From: Antedon mediterranea
Lineage: Eukaryota > Animalia > Echinodermata
Length of the DNA: 64,000 bases
Assembly (NCBI RefSeq): GCF_964355755.1
Contig: NC_092672.1
Location: 21,465,237-21,529,236, forward strand
Reading direction: 5' to 3'
Every line of letters begins with the position of its first letter. Position 1 is the first letter of the stretch. Made by a program: the position numbers and the translations under genes. Positions 52,484 to 64,000 of this stretch are shown here, in pieces. Under the pieces are notes generated by a model. It made no database searches and had not been told where the DNA came from. It was given only the letters and a program-made list of their open reading frames with translations.

Positions 52484-53842
52484 TGTCACACAGCCGCAAT
52501 TACGGCTCTTTCGGACATGTAATATCTGGTAACAAACGGTAAACAACGGTAAATAGCCACAACTGTACACATATAAATGCAAAAAGTAAATTTAATAATA
52601 ATCTTTGACAAACAATTCTTTCTTTTATAATCTAAACCCCCAAAAAAAAAACCACAAAAAAAACCCACAAAAAAAACCCAACCAATTCTCAAACAATGAT
52701 ACAGTATCCATATTCCCCACACAATTTATACACTTTCCCAAATTCCCAATCCTTCCAGACAAAAAACCAACAATCTTCTTATTGTCAAATAAATCCCAGC
52801 AACCCCCCTTTCAAATACAATAATATCACAAGATGAATGATTAAACAATAATAAATGTCCACAATATCGTTCCTTCTTGCCTTTCCTCCTACGCTGACAC
52901 AAAAACAAATTAGAAAGATAAAAGTTACAACGATTCTGCAACTAAACAACTCCCACGCCTCTGCTCCCGTTCTGCTTGTATTCCCAATTATAATTCTTCT
53001 CAAACTGCAACTATTTTCTGACATTATAAATAAATGAAATATAAAGTTAAGATGTTCCTTGATGTCTTTCTGTACTGCCTTATAGTATTACTTCCAACTC
53101 ACAATGTATTAATTTCATGTATATCGCTTTATTTCCTTTCTGCTTCAGCTCTACATCACCATAATTATTTCCAACTCACAATTTATTAACTTCATGTATA
53201 TCACTATATTTCCTTTCTGCTTCAGCTCTATATCACCATAATTATTTCCAACTCACAATTTATTAACTTCATGTATATCACTTTATTTCCTTTCTGCTTC
53301 AGCTCTATATCACCATAATTATTTCCAACTCACAATTTATTGACTTCATGTATATCACTGTATTTCCTTTCTGCTTCAGCTCTATATCACCATACCTATT
53401 TCCAACGCACAATTTATTAACTTCATGTATATCACTTTATTTCCTCTCTGCTTCAGCTCTATATCACCATAACTCAATTACTTCTTCTCCTGTACGTCTT
53501 AATTTCTCCTATCCATATTCACCTATCCCTTTCTGGCTTATCATAACATAGCCCTCCTTCTCTGTCTCCTCTCAATTTCCATCTCCCTCAAAATTCCCTC
53601 AATTATACACATACCACCACCTTATCCTTCTCAACCAATCCGCAACTCACACACCAACTCAACTCTTACACCTCTCCTCCAATCAGCAACCTCCACACAC
53701 TCCTTCTCTGCACACACACACTCTGCTCCACTGGCTTCAAACAATAGTTCCCTAAAACAAAAGAAAGGTTCAAATAATGAAAACAAAAGGAAAAGTAAGA
53801 ATGACTTGCAAAATAAATACAAAACTCATGTCACTTGTGACA
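52484..53842 (-). mobile_element. Solo LTR of a tRNA-Pro-primed (probably Gypsy-type) retrotransposon
   Basis: TGTCACA...TGTGACA inverted termini. On minus, the LTR end is followed by TTTA and TGGGGGCTCGTCCGGGA (tRNA-Pro PBS). CAGTA lies at 53843-53847 and 52408-52412. Confidence 0.85.
53092..53472. repeat. 77-bp tandem repeat x5 inside the LTR
   Basis: TTCCAAC(T/G)CACAAT starts at 53092, 53169, 53246, 53323 and 53400. Confidence 0.93.
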
Positions 53843-54545
53843 CAGTACGCTCATGAACTTTTGTCTGTCCCACTTACTAAAGTTGAATTGTCGAGTTTGT
53901 TGAATTTAGCCTGGTTAGTGTCTGTCCGTTCATTCGTTAATTTAATATTTTAACTGTAGGACATGTGTACAGTATAGGGTCTTTACTTTTTATAGGGTCT
54001 ATTGAACCTAGTTTGACTGTCTGTCCATCCTTCTGTTCTCCTATTTGACTTCGGCCTATTAGAACAAAGCAAAAACCAAATTACCCTATCTAATTATAAT
54101 TTGAGTAGAATATAAAAAATGATAATGAAATATAATGAAACACCTAACTTTTTCTTCAAATATGTTTGATACAGAGATGCTGTACTGACACTTTTTTTGT
54201 GCAATTGTTGTGTATTAAAATTGATTGGGAAAAAAGAAATCACAAAACATTTTAATCTTTTGTAGTTTATTGTAAAGAACATTGTTTTTATTTCATTTTC
54301 ATAAATAGTAGTATACACTTACATATAAATATGATTCAGTACTGTACTGTAATACTTAAAAACATAGGGCTACAATGTCTTATGCAGTTAAGGTACAGTA
54401 AGGGGAATCATTGGACAGTATTAAACAGTTAACATTTAGAAAAAACATTTATTACACAGGAGGTACGTGGAGGATGGGTAGGGTTGAAATAAGCACAATA
54501 GTAGTACTTACCTGACTGAATGTTGAATACTGATTGTTGAATGTG

Positions 54546-54700
54546 TTCGTTCGTTCGTTCGTTCGTTTTTATTTCACAATGCATCAAACTTAATATTTTT
54601 ACATAATAAGTATTAAATAAAAAAATGCAAAGCCTGGAAAAGACCAAATAAGCTCAATATAGAGCTTTAAGCCTGGTTTCACCAGTACAAAATACACTAA
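54546..54700 (-). mobile_element. L2/CR1-type LINE 3' end
   Basis: Minus strand has a stem-loop AAGCTC-TATATT-GAGCTT inside GAAACCAGGC..CTTTTCC, then AATAAA and a (GAAC)n tail. Confidence 0.5.
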
Positions 54701-56079
54701 TAATTGTATCAATTACAATAGACAATAATTAAATATTAATTAAAGTAGTAGAAATAATATTATATATATATATATATTTTTTAAATATTTTTTTTTATAC
54801 ACAATTACGCTACAGGACAATACAAACACAACAAGAGTGTCTCTCCTGGCGGAGGGAAACAACAATTTACAAAAGAATGCCATAACATGTGGAGTAGCGT
54901 GATTGTTGTTCACCTAGTTGTGTGTGTATGTTATTATAAAATTTATTTTATCAAAATATTAAAACCACTTTAAAAATGAAATAAAAAATGTTTACATGGA
55001 ACTACACGTAATACACAAAACAGTGATATTTATTAGGTCGTCATCCTTTCACCCACTAACAAGTTTTACAATAACAAACTTTTTTTCTCATACTTTCTCT
55101 CTCTCTCTCTCTCTTTGGAAATGTGACTTATCTCCAACTTTCCATACGGAAAGTCTTACGATTAAAAAATTGATGGCCGGATGGGAACGGACTGATAATT
55201 TTAAAAATGAAAATTTGTTTTAATTAGATTAAAATTTACATTTCCATCTGATAATTAAGACACTTTCTAAAGGTTAATACATTGAAGTATAGATAAGTAA
55301 ACAAAGATTTTGGTTAAGTTTAATTTAGTAGTCAAACCATTATTTATCCAACGAGAGTTGGCGGACAAACAAACATAACTCGAATCCTAGATTTCCAACT
55401 TTCAAAGCATAACTAGTGGTTAAAATGTTGTTATGTTAGTGGTAATGTATTACATTATTGTTAATGCTATATTAGTGGTTAATTTTTGTTATAAATGTGT
55501 CATTTTAACAGAACAAATACCCAGAGATACATTATAGCATTTATGTTTAAGAGTTCAGTTAATAGTCCTATTTTGATATTTGTGTCTTTTTTGGTTTTCA
55601 TTAATTCTAAAAGCAAGTAATATAATTTAAAATACAAATTGCAGAGTTGTAAAATAAATGTTTCAAACATGCAGTTGCAAATAAAAAAAAGGCAAATTAC
55701 TAAAAGTAATGACAATGCTGTGGGTGGCTGGATCTCAATGGAAATAAAAAAACAAAAAGCTAAATCAAAACGATAAAGTAAAAGTTAAAACAGCCAGACA
55801 TTTTAATATAGATATCTTCTTTATTGTTTGTGTATAAATGGACATTTATTTATGTTTTGTTAATATTTTTTAATTATATGTCAGTCACATATTTTCCATC
55901 CTCATGTTTGGTGTAAGACATTAAAACTGCATTTATTGTCATGTTTTCTGAGCTTTCAAAGTCTGTTCTTTAATATCAGGTGAAACTGGAGAACAACCTG
56001 GTTGAATATTCTAGCACTCTAATATCGTTCTATGTTTAATAATGTCTTGATATGTGGTGAAAGGAATGTTTGATAGTTG

Positions 56080-56650
56080 GTCTTAACAATGGCAGATCCA
56101 GAGGTAGAAAGTAAAGTACTTTGAATTCATTAATTAAAACACATTGTTTCAGCGCCGTGCTAATTTAGTCTTTATTAGAGGTTGCCATTGCTGTTGCTGT
56201 CGTCACACAAAATTATTGTTATGGGTATTTTGCTAAGTGGTATGACACATGTTCTTCTGCTGCCTAGCTAGATAATTCTGAAGAATATTATCAGCCTAGA
56301 CATAGAGCGCACATGACAAATATTTGAATACTCATTTACCCAAGCGATTCCTATACTGTAATTTGAAAACAGTCCTGATAGTCTCTCCAAAACATTGGAG
56401 AGTTTGTGTGTTTGAAAACTACTGAAAAGATGTTCAATTGCATTTTTTGATGACTATAAACCCTGCAACCAGTGCATCAGCAGAGCGAGAAAATTTAGCT
56501 CTGGAGACTGTAAAAAATTATCTTTGAGATACCATAATGGAAGATCGACTAAATGCATTGTTATTGATGTTTGTTCATCAGGACATTAACCTTAATTATG
56601 ATGTCATTATTCTTAAGTATGTGAATATGTATCCCCGCTGGATGAAGTAT
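56080..56650 (+). pseudogene. hAT (Tip100/PRKRIR-ZMYM1-like) transposase remnant, C-terminal dimerisation domain
   Basis: From 56462: PATSASAERENLALETVKNYL*DTIMEDRLNALLLMFVHQDINLNYDVIILKYVNMYPRWM, matching the hATC consensus P.TSASAERSFS.L..IK.YLR.TM..DRLN.L. Upstream fragment NSEEYY. Confidence 0.82.
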
Positions 56651-56920
56651 GTAGGCCTATTTTTATTTATTAAATTTACAGCATTAATTGTTATTACATG
56701 TTATTGTTAAGATAATCAAATTAATAAGCAGTATAGAGATTCAGCCACTGATTACCACAGCATTGTCATTTTTTAGTAATTTTCCTTTTGACCTTTATTT
56801 TATTAAAATATAGACCTATAAGCCTAAAGCCCTAAAACACGCTCTTTCACTATGTATTATTTAACATAACTAGGGTAACATGATAAATTTGAAGTCGCAT
56901 CATTTTTTTAAAGTAGTTAA

Positions 56921-57330
56921 TAATAGGCAGCTTTCGAAACACACGACACGCCGATTATCGAGATGCAAAAGACTGTGAAATCCTACTGCGCATGCGAGAG
57001 CAAAGCCAGTTTGTTCGGCCTGCTCATCACGAGACGAGATTCGGCTTATTTGGAAGACACGACTTGTACTACTGATTGTATTTTATTTAGAAAAATATTT
57101 AAGAACTGTTGTGTGATGACAATGTGTTATTAAATTAGACCCTAGTAGGGAAATGCGATCATCATCATGAATCATGGTGATGGCAGGTACTTTGGTATTA
57201 GTGATCATGTGACAATGACCTGATCATAAAATTGAAACAGTTTATAATTCGTGACGCAAAAGGCATACAACGGTATCCATGGTTGACTGACTTTCGCGTC
57301 TCGCGTCGCCACTTCGAAAGCTCACTATTA
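56921..57330. mobile_element. MITE with TAATAG..CTATTA ends (superfamily uncertain)
   Basis: TAATAGGCAGCTTTCGAA ... TTCGAAAGCTCACTATTA (16/18 inverted match). Confidence 0.5.
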
Positions 57331-60300
57331 CCATACCGGAAGTACCTTTATCAGGGAATTCCCCCTGATGGTCACATTGAACGTGTGTTTACCAGCGGAA
57401 AAAGTAGACTATGATCTTTTTACCAATTGTTAACACGCTATGGGAGTGTCATTTCCGGCCAACTATAGGTGCCATTTATTATAAATTTTACGTGCGAGAA
57501 TACAATTTCATTTAACAAAATTTGCTTCACCACAGGTCCCACCTGTGCCTCATGTACTTGGTGACTGGTTGCGTCCCCTCCCCCCTCCCCGCTTTACTAC
57601 AAGGCTGGATCCGCCCTTGTTTATGATGAGCAACAATGCCTGTTTTCTGTGTGGTAGAAGTAAATATGATTGCAACTTCATTTTCCTTGTACCTCCTTGT
57701 ACACACCTTGAAATTAAATTGCATAAATGAATAATTAAATATCAAAATGAATAATATTAAACATAATGTTAGTCCATCATGTACTTCATATTTCATATCA
57801 TAAAATGCTACCAGGCACTAATAATAGAATTAGAAGTCAGGCATATACAGTAGGCACATTGGTGGGCTGGTTTGTACTGTCACATCTGGACCGAATCGTC
57901 CTGAATTCAACTAGTTATAGTAGCCTATATGCCTTGTAAGTAACGTAATGCTAAACCTAACCTAGTGTTAATTACATGCATTTGGTGTTTCAAGCTTATT
58001 TTTGGATGAACCAACCATACTTACCATCCTTTCGAAAAGTTTGAAATGTGCGCCGAGCACATGCTATCTCTCAATATTTGCTAGCGATGACCTCTAAGTG
58101 ATCTGATTGTGACGCAAGATTTGTCGAATGCAGCATTTGGCAACTTGCAAATAAATTAGTCTGAAAACACATTTTTTGTAAAGTGTGCCGTTCTAACATC
58201 GCTTAATAAATAAAAGGAACTAAAAGGTGTCCCAGCTCAAACGGCGCTAGCGGTTTTATTATATTAGGAGAAGATGGAGTAAATAGGCTTAATTGGTTAT
58301 TGATTAGGCCACATAAAACCTCCTTTTTAAAAAACTTTTTTTTATAAAGTTGCCAAAGAAACACCACTGAAAAGGTCATTTTTTACTTTTATAAATTTCT
58401 AAATTGTGTGTGCGGCCAAATATTATTTGAAAGGTATTAAAACCCATTTCTAGACTGGTATTTTGTTTGGATATCGTGCATGAAACTACCCCTACAGCAT
58501 CGCAAAGAAGAATATTAATAGTTCTGAAGATTTTTTTTGTAATTATGATTTTATATAATTAGTATGTCACGGCAACATTGCCAGTGGGTTTGGTGTGTTG
58601 TGGATGGTGGACTCAAGACAAGAATAATATACATATAAAACACTATAATATTATATGTCCAGATTATCTACAGGTGAATTATCTTCATGAGTCCATTTCC
58701 AATTTTACGTCGAAATACAGTACTCTTTGTTCATGTCACTCCCATATTTCCACTCCATCTTATCCATAATTTCTTCGATGATTTCTCTGATGTTTTCTAA
58801 GCTTAATCTTCTTAATCTTGGCACTTCTCTATTCTCAAGTGGCACTGTAACACAGACAAATATTACCGTAGTATACAGTTCATTTACGGTACCCTATAAC
58901 ATTCATTAGACCAACAATCTATTTTATAAATATAACTATTTACTTACAATGCAGCCTCGTACGCAAATCCCAATTTCATTGTCGTATGGTGACAATGCTC
59001 ACTCGCTCCCCGTTGTCTACAAAAAGACTGTATGCGCTACTCCGCAGTCTACACAAAACATCGTTATTCAAATAATTTGCTCATTACCATAATTATAGTG
59101 ATCACCTGTTGGATTATTATTATTTTGTGACAAAGTAGTCAAATTTTGAAAAGCATATTTCACAGTTTAAACTTTTTAATCAAAAATACTATGTAGAAAT
59201 GTTGTCATCAGTGACTTAACTATCAATACTGTGCAACTCCTTTTCATAACTTTCTCAGTTGGGTTCACTTCCAGGATTCAACATTTTTTTAAATTACTAC
59301 TTTTCTGAAATATGGTGAGGGACCTAAATGATGTATCTCTACAAAACATTAAAGACCCCCACCCTGCATTGAGTAACTCTTTTAGAACAATTCTGTCCTT
59401 AACATTTTATAGCATGCAAATACAGGTTCCTGGCAAAGCAGCATAAAAGTGGACGTAGTTGTGCAAACATTAAGGAGGTTTCGCAACACGGTTATGTCAC
59501 ACAAAATTATTCGTTTTCATAAGCTAGTACAAATCTGTTTCGCATGGCAACAAAATATTGAGGACGCCATCCAAAATATGACTGCTGTAAATTTGAATGA
59601 AATGCAGGTACATGTTTCAATGGTTGCCTATAGGCCTAGTGTAGCGAGAGAGGACTTTAAAAACTGCTATTTATCAAAATTGACTTGGCATTTTTACTAA
59701 ATTACTTTCAATAAATTATCTATAATTATATTATAATCATGAATCATTTTTTATTCAATGCAAAGCGTGCAAAATAGATAAAAAACTATGACTGATGATT
59801 TTAAGCTATACTCGTTTTTTAGTTACGAATATGACTGGTGATATTCGTCAACACAAATACGCTTTACGAATATCAGCTCAAAAGTTTAACAAATGTATGA
59901 CCTATCCGTTTTCGTTATCGTATTCGTAAGGTTGCGAAACCTCCATATTATTGGTGCCATCATATATCAACATCTTTATAGGCTATGTAGAATCTGTAGC
60001 AAATCTAGCATCGATATGGCTTTTAATCCAATACTATAAAATGAAAATAGAGAATATTTAATATTCTTAATGAATCACAGGATCAAGTGTAAAATTGTAT
60101 TCAGAGATTTATGGAAAATTATGGTTTCAATTAATGTTTACCCAATTTGTAATAATAACGCTATTAAACAAAATAGGGTGAAGTTTGAACAACTTAGTGT
60201 ATAAGTCCTTTTTATACTGTATTCTAATTGATACTATTGTACCACGTCACAATGTTAGCAAACTCCCTGCTTTGTAGCCATACTACAATTTTTTCATGAA

Positions 60301-62799
60301 CATTTTCTGATGTTTGTAATACCAATATAAACATGGTCAATTTATTTCATCTAATAGAGATCAATGAAAAAATTAAAATAGAGATCTAAAACAACAGATG
60401 ATCACATTTGTTGATTTTAAATTGTCTGCTTTGCGGCATATTTAACTGTCTACTGACTGCATATTTAAACATTGATGATTGTTAGAATTCAAATTGTTCT
60501 GCACTCAGATCTTTAAATCACTGGTGCTTAACTTGTACATATACTTTACAGTGGAAACAGGATGCTAATTTGTCAACTTATATTATCTCTAAAATACTTT
60601 GATAACAAGTAGTATATCAACACTGAAATATTATGAAGAGGGAAGCTTGAATCATTCCAAAATAGGGATAGGCTGCTGTGTAGTGTTCATATGACATGTT
60701 CAGTTTTGAAATTCACTAGTAAATAATAAAACCTTACTTTCTGTCTATAATAGCATTACTCGTAATCATCATTAGCAAGTAAGGAGAAAAGAGGGACTTA
60801 CACCTTCATTTTAAAATTAGTTTGTCATATATCTATATATATACAGCCATGAAAAATAGGAATACCAATACCCAAAAATACAAAAAGATGGGATTTGTAA
60901 TTTAATGAATAGAGCACGCAAACAGACAGAAAACATTTTTTGTTTTTGGTTATGCATTTTGTTTAATACAATTCAATACCCACATTCTGGATTTCTGTAG
61001 TACATTTATCTTTTCAGTTCATATTTTATGCATACAAAATTGAGAACCACCAATTCATCACCATTTCCACTTACATTAAAGCAATAATTAGTATTATAGT
61101 ATTTTGTTATGATGAACTATTATAATTTTATTTAAAGCAATTTCAGATAAAAGCTATGCATAGAAATCTTTTGAATTGCAATAAATAAACACATGAGCTT
61201 TTTCTACGACAATTAAAAAAAGCATTATAGTGAACAAAAACTATGATTGTATTGTTTTTCTTGAAAAATCAGTAGATCAGAAATATTTAAAAAACAATGA
61301 TTAAAATGAAGTTGCAACAATTTGAATATCATTTATTAGTAGGAATGTACAAAAGCCCTAAACTCATACTTACAGTGAGAGCTCACACATTTCATTTTAC
61401 ATACACATGCACTTGAAAATGAAAGTTACACAATGATGACACATTATCATCAAAACAAATGTAAATGTACTTTACATTAATTGTTTCTCCACTTAACTGT
61501 TTTCACATATTATCATTTATCATTTATATGGGACTGTTTTGTACTACAATTCTTTATGCTGTTATCAAAAGGACTTTATACTATATACTGCAATATTTAC
61601 ATTGATCTTCTGTTCTGGTAAAGTAGACCCTATCATAGAGGCTTACACTATGTATATCAAGGTCTACTCGCCCTAATTTGGCCAACATTTTCGGCAGTTA
61701 GAAATGTATTGGCCACGAAATATTAATTACATTACTCAAAATTTGCGACACCTCAATTCTGTAGTATTTGTCCATAGTATTTCAAGAACGAATTCTGCTC
61801 ATTATAATATTTTTAATTCATTTCCACGTCTGTTCATAACTTGCCTCCAAATGTTAAAGATAGTCTAGTTTTTTCCCTTTCTTCATTTATATATTCACTT
61901 AAGAAAATCTTGCCTCAAATACCTGTCTGAACTCAATGAAATGTGAAATGTTATTTTAAACTGTTTTTCTGTATTTAAGTTTATTTAATTTTTACACTTT
62001 AGGGGGTCAGATAGTCACTTGATAGTGTTTTTTTTCACTTTTTGACGATCCCGTCTACCCCCTAAAGTGCTCTGTACCTTGTGATTTTTATTATTTATAA
62101 AAGACGAAATAAATCAAATGCATAGATTATAAATAATTACAATATTGTTTATCATGTGGATGGACGATTGTGTTTATAACCCTTTGATTAACCCCACACC
62201 TCATAGGATACATACAGCATAAAACAATTACGGCCTAGACTCTGCTTCTACAGATCATTTATTGAGACTATTCAGGCCACTGGTTCCTTCTAAGCATGCA
62301 CAATACAATTGTGTCATCATCTCCAATGAATCCTTTGCTTACAAGTAATCAAAGTGGTGGTGAAGCAGGTTGATTTGACAGGTTTCCATGTTATTTCATT
62401 GCCCCTTGTTTAGTCTCGGTTATATTTATTATAGTACGTTAACACAACTTCTGTAACACAAGGCAAACTAGTGCTGGTCTATTGATACTAACATTAAGAA
62501 ATCTTCTGACAGACTTATAGCTGGTTTATATCCATTGTTAATCTAATTTGTTTTAATTCTGAATTGTTTGACTTGGCATAACCATCTGGTATGCAAATAA
62601 CCATCTGGTATGCAAACACAACAATCAAAGGCAGTGTCCTCATTATCACATTACCTGTACAAATTGTTGTACTTTATTATTAGGAATTTAAAAGAGAAAT
62701 AAATGTTACCTTTGAGTTTGATTTTTAAATTACAGTATAACAAAGTTTTCTGAGAATAAGAACATGATATTTGGTATGATAATTATCTATAGATATATA

Positions 62800-64000
62800 T
62801 CTCGAATACATAATAATTTCAGCGTTAAAAAACTGGCAATTTCAAATGTACGTACAATAATACATGCCGTTTACACTTACAGGAACGAATAAATAGACAC
62901 TGATTTATGTACTCAACTAAAATTAGCACCCTGAGAATTACAATTTTTAAATATATTAAATATATTCTTTATCCATTTAGTAACGAAATATTAATTGTTT
63001 ACATGTTTTACAAATAATATATCACTAAACACAGTAAAACATTGCTATGTAATACTTTGTTGAAACTATCACCGTCCTAGTAGATTGAAATAGTACAGTA
63101 CATGTAACGATACATCACTGCGACGTGTATGTTTATATAATATGTAAAACAATTTGTGAAAACCACCTCTATTCGGGGAAAATCATAAAATCGATTTAAT
63201 CGTCAAATAAAAATTAAATTATCTAACTCAACTTTATTAGTAGGCCTAATGGTTTTCAATTGTTTCTTAGAGCCAATTCATACTTTGGTTCCTACCCTAC
63301 CCACCAAAGTTGTTCTGCGTTTAGGGGATGTGATGCACCGTAGGCCTATCCTCTACTGGCTTTACAACGGTACTCATGCCAGTGAAGGAAGGGTGATGAT
63401 GTGGGTGGTTTAAATGCAATAATAAAGATTTGTACATAATATACGGCGACTGAAAACGCTAGCTCATTATCCGTAAAAAAAAAATTATATCTAACCTCTG
63501 CAGCACAGATTGAAAAAAAAATGGATCGAATTTCTGTTATGAGTATACAGTACTTGCCTTTACGACGCCTGATGGAATAGACACTTGTGGAACAGAGATT
63601 GGAATGTTCTATTCATCGCAAATCAATACATTTGTATAAACGTATATTAAATCTATCAAAATAGTATTTTTTAAAGAAAAGCGGCCTGTCTTCAACATTA
63701 TGATGCTGTACTCGAGCTGTTTAACCGGTTTTCAGCCATTAAAAACAATTATCGTAAGAGGAGATAGGAAAATGCGAAGCATCCTCGTATTATCGTCTGC
63801 GGGTATTTTTCAAGACGGACACCATTAGTCAGTGTATACCACGATCGAAAAACACGCCTATTTGGGGCAAATCGTTGAACCTAAATTCGTTTTAATCGTC
63901 AATAACTAATTATCTAACTAAATTTAATTAGTAAACAGGGTTACATCAGGTGGTTAAAATCAGTACCGAAAGTACGAACTAACTTTATATACCATCGAGT
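62800..64000 (-). mobile_element. Non-autonomous Helitron, copy 3 (runs off the window, 3' hairpin missing)
   Basis: Direct repeat of 36496-37787, and it retains the 33696-33722 segment that copy 2 lacks. Confidence 0.88.

Noticed and set aside
55970-56010. Candidate next ankyrin exon after TATCAG
   Set aside because: Not ankyrin-like, has early stops, and lies at the edge of the hAT remnant.

Overview
Eukaryotic, strongly AT-rich, repeat-dense genomic DNA. The many TAGGCCTA motifs and a Deu/Nin-domain SINE point to an invertebrate deuterostome, probably an echinoderm (inference only). The only host gene I can support is a plus-strand ankyrin-repeat gene: four phase-0 coding exons at 27343-45370, a likely promoter near 12.4 kb, and a 3' end not found in the window. 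The rest is transposon-derived: a near full-length L2/Crack-type LINE, L1/Tx1 fragments, Helitrons, Helentron-type HINEs, MULE-, Kolobok-, Harbinger-, IS3EU- and EnSpm-like non-autonomous elements, a hAT transposase remnant and several tandem arrays. The most striking object is 52413-53842. It is a solo LTR (TGTCACA...TGTGACA) whose tRNA-Pro primer-binding site extends into a copy of almost the whole mature tRNA primer, with CCA present, anticodon GGG (as expected from inosine-34) and an end at position 9. One 5-bp target-site duplication encloses both the LTR and the tRNA copy, as if integrase used the tRNA copy as its attachment end. No CRISPR arrays or rRNA genes were seen. All calls come from reading the sequence by eye and no searches were run.
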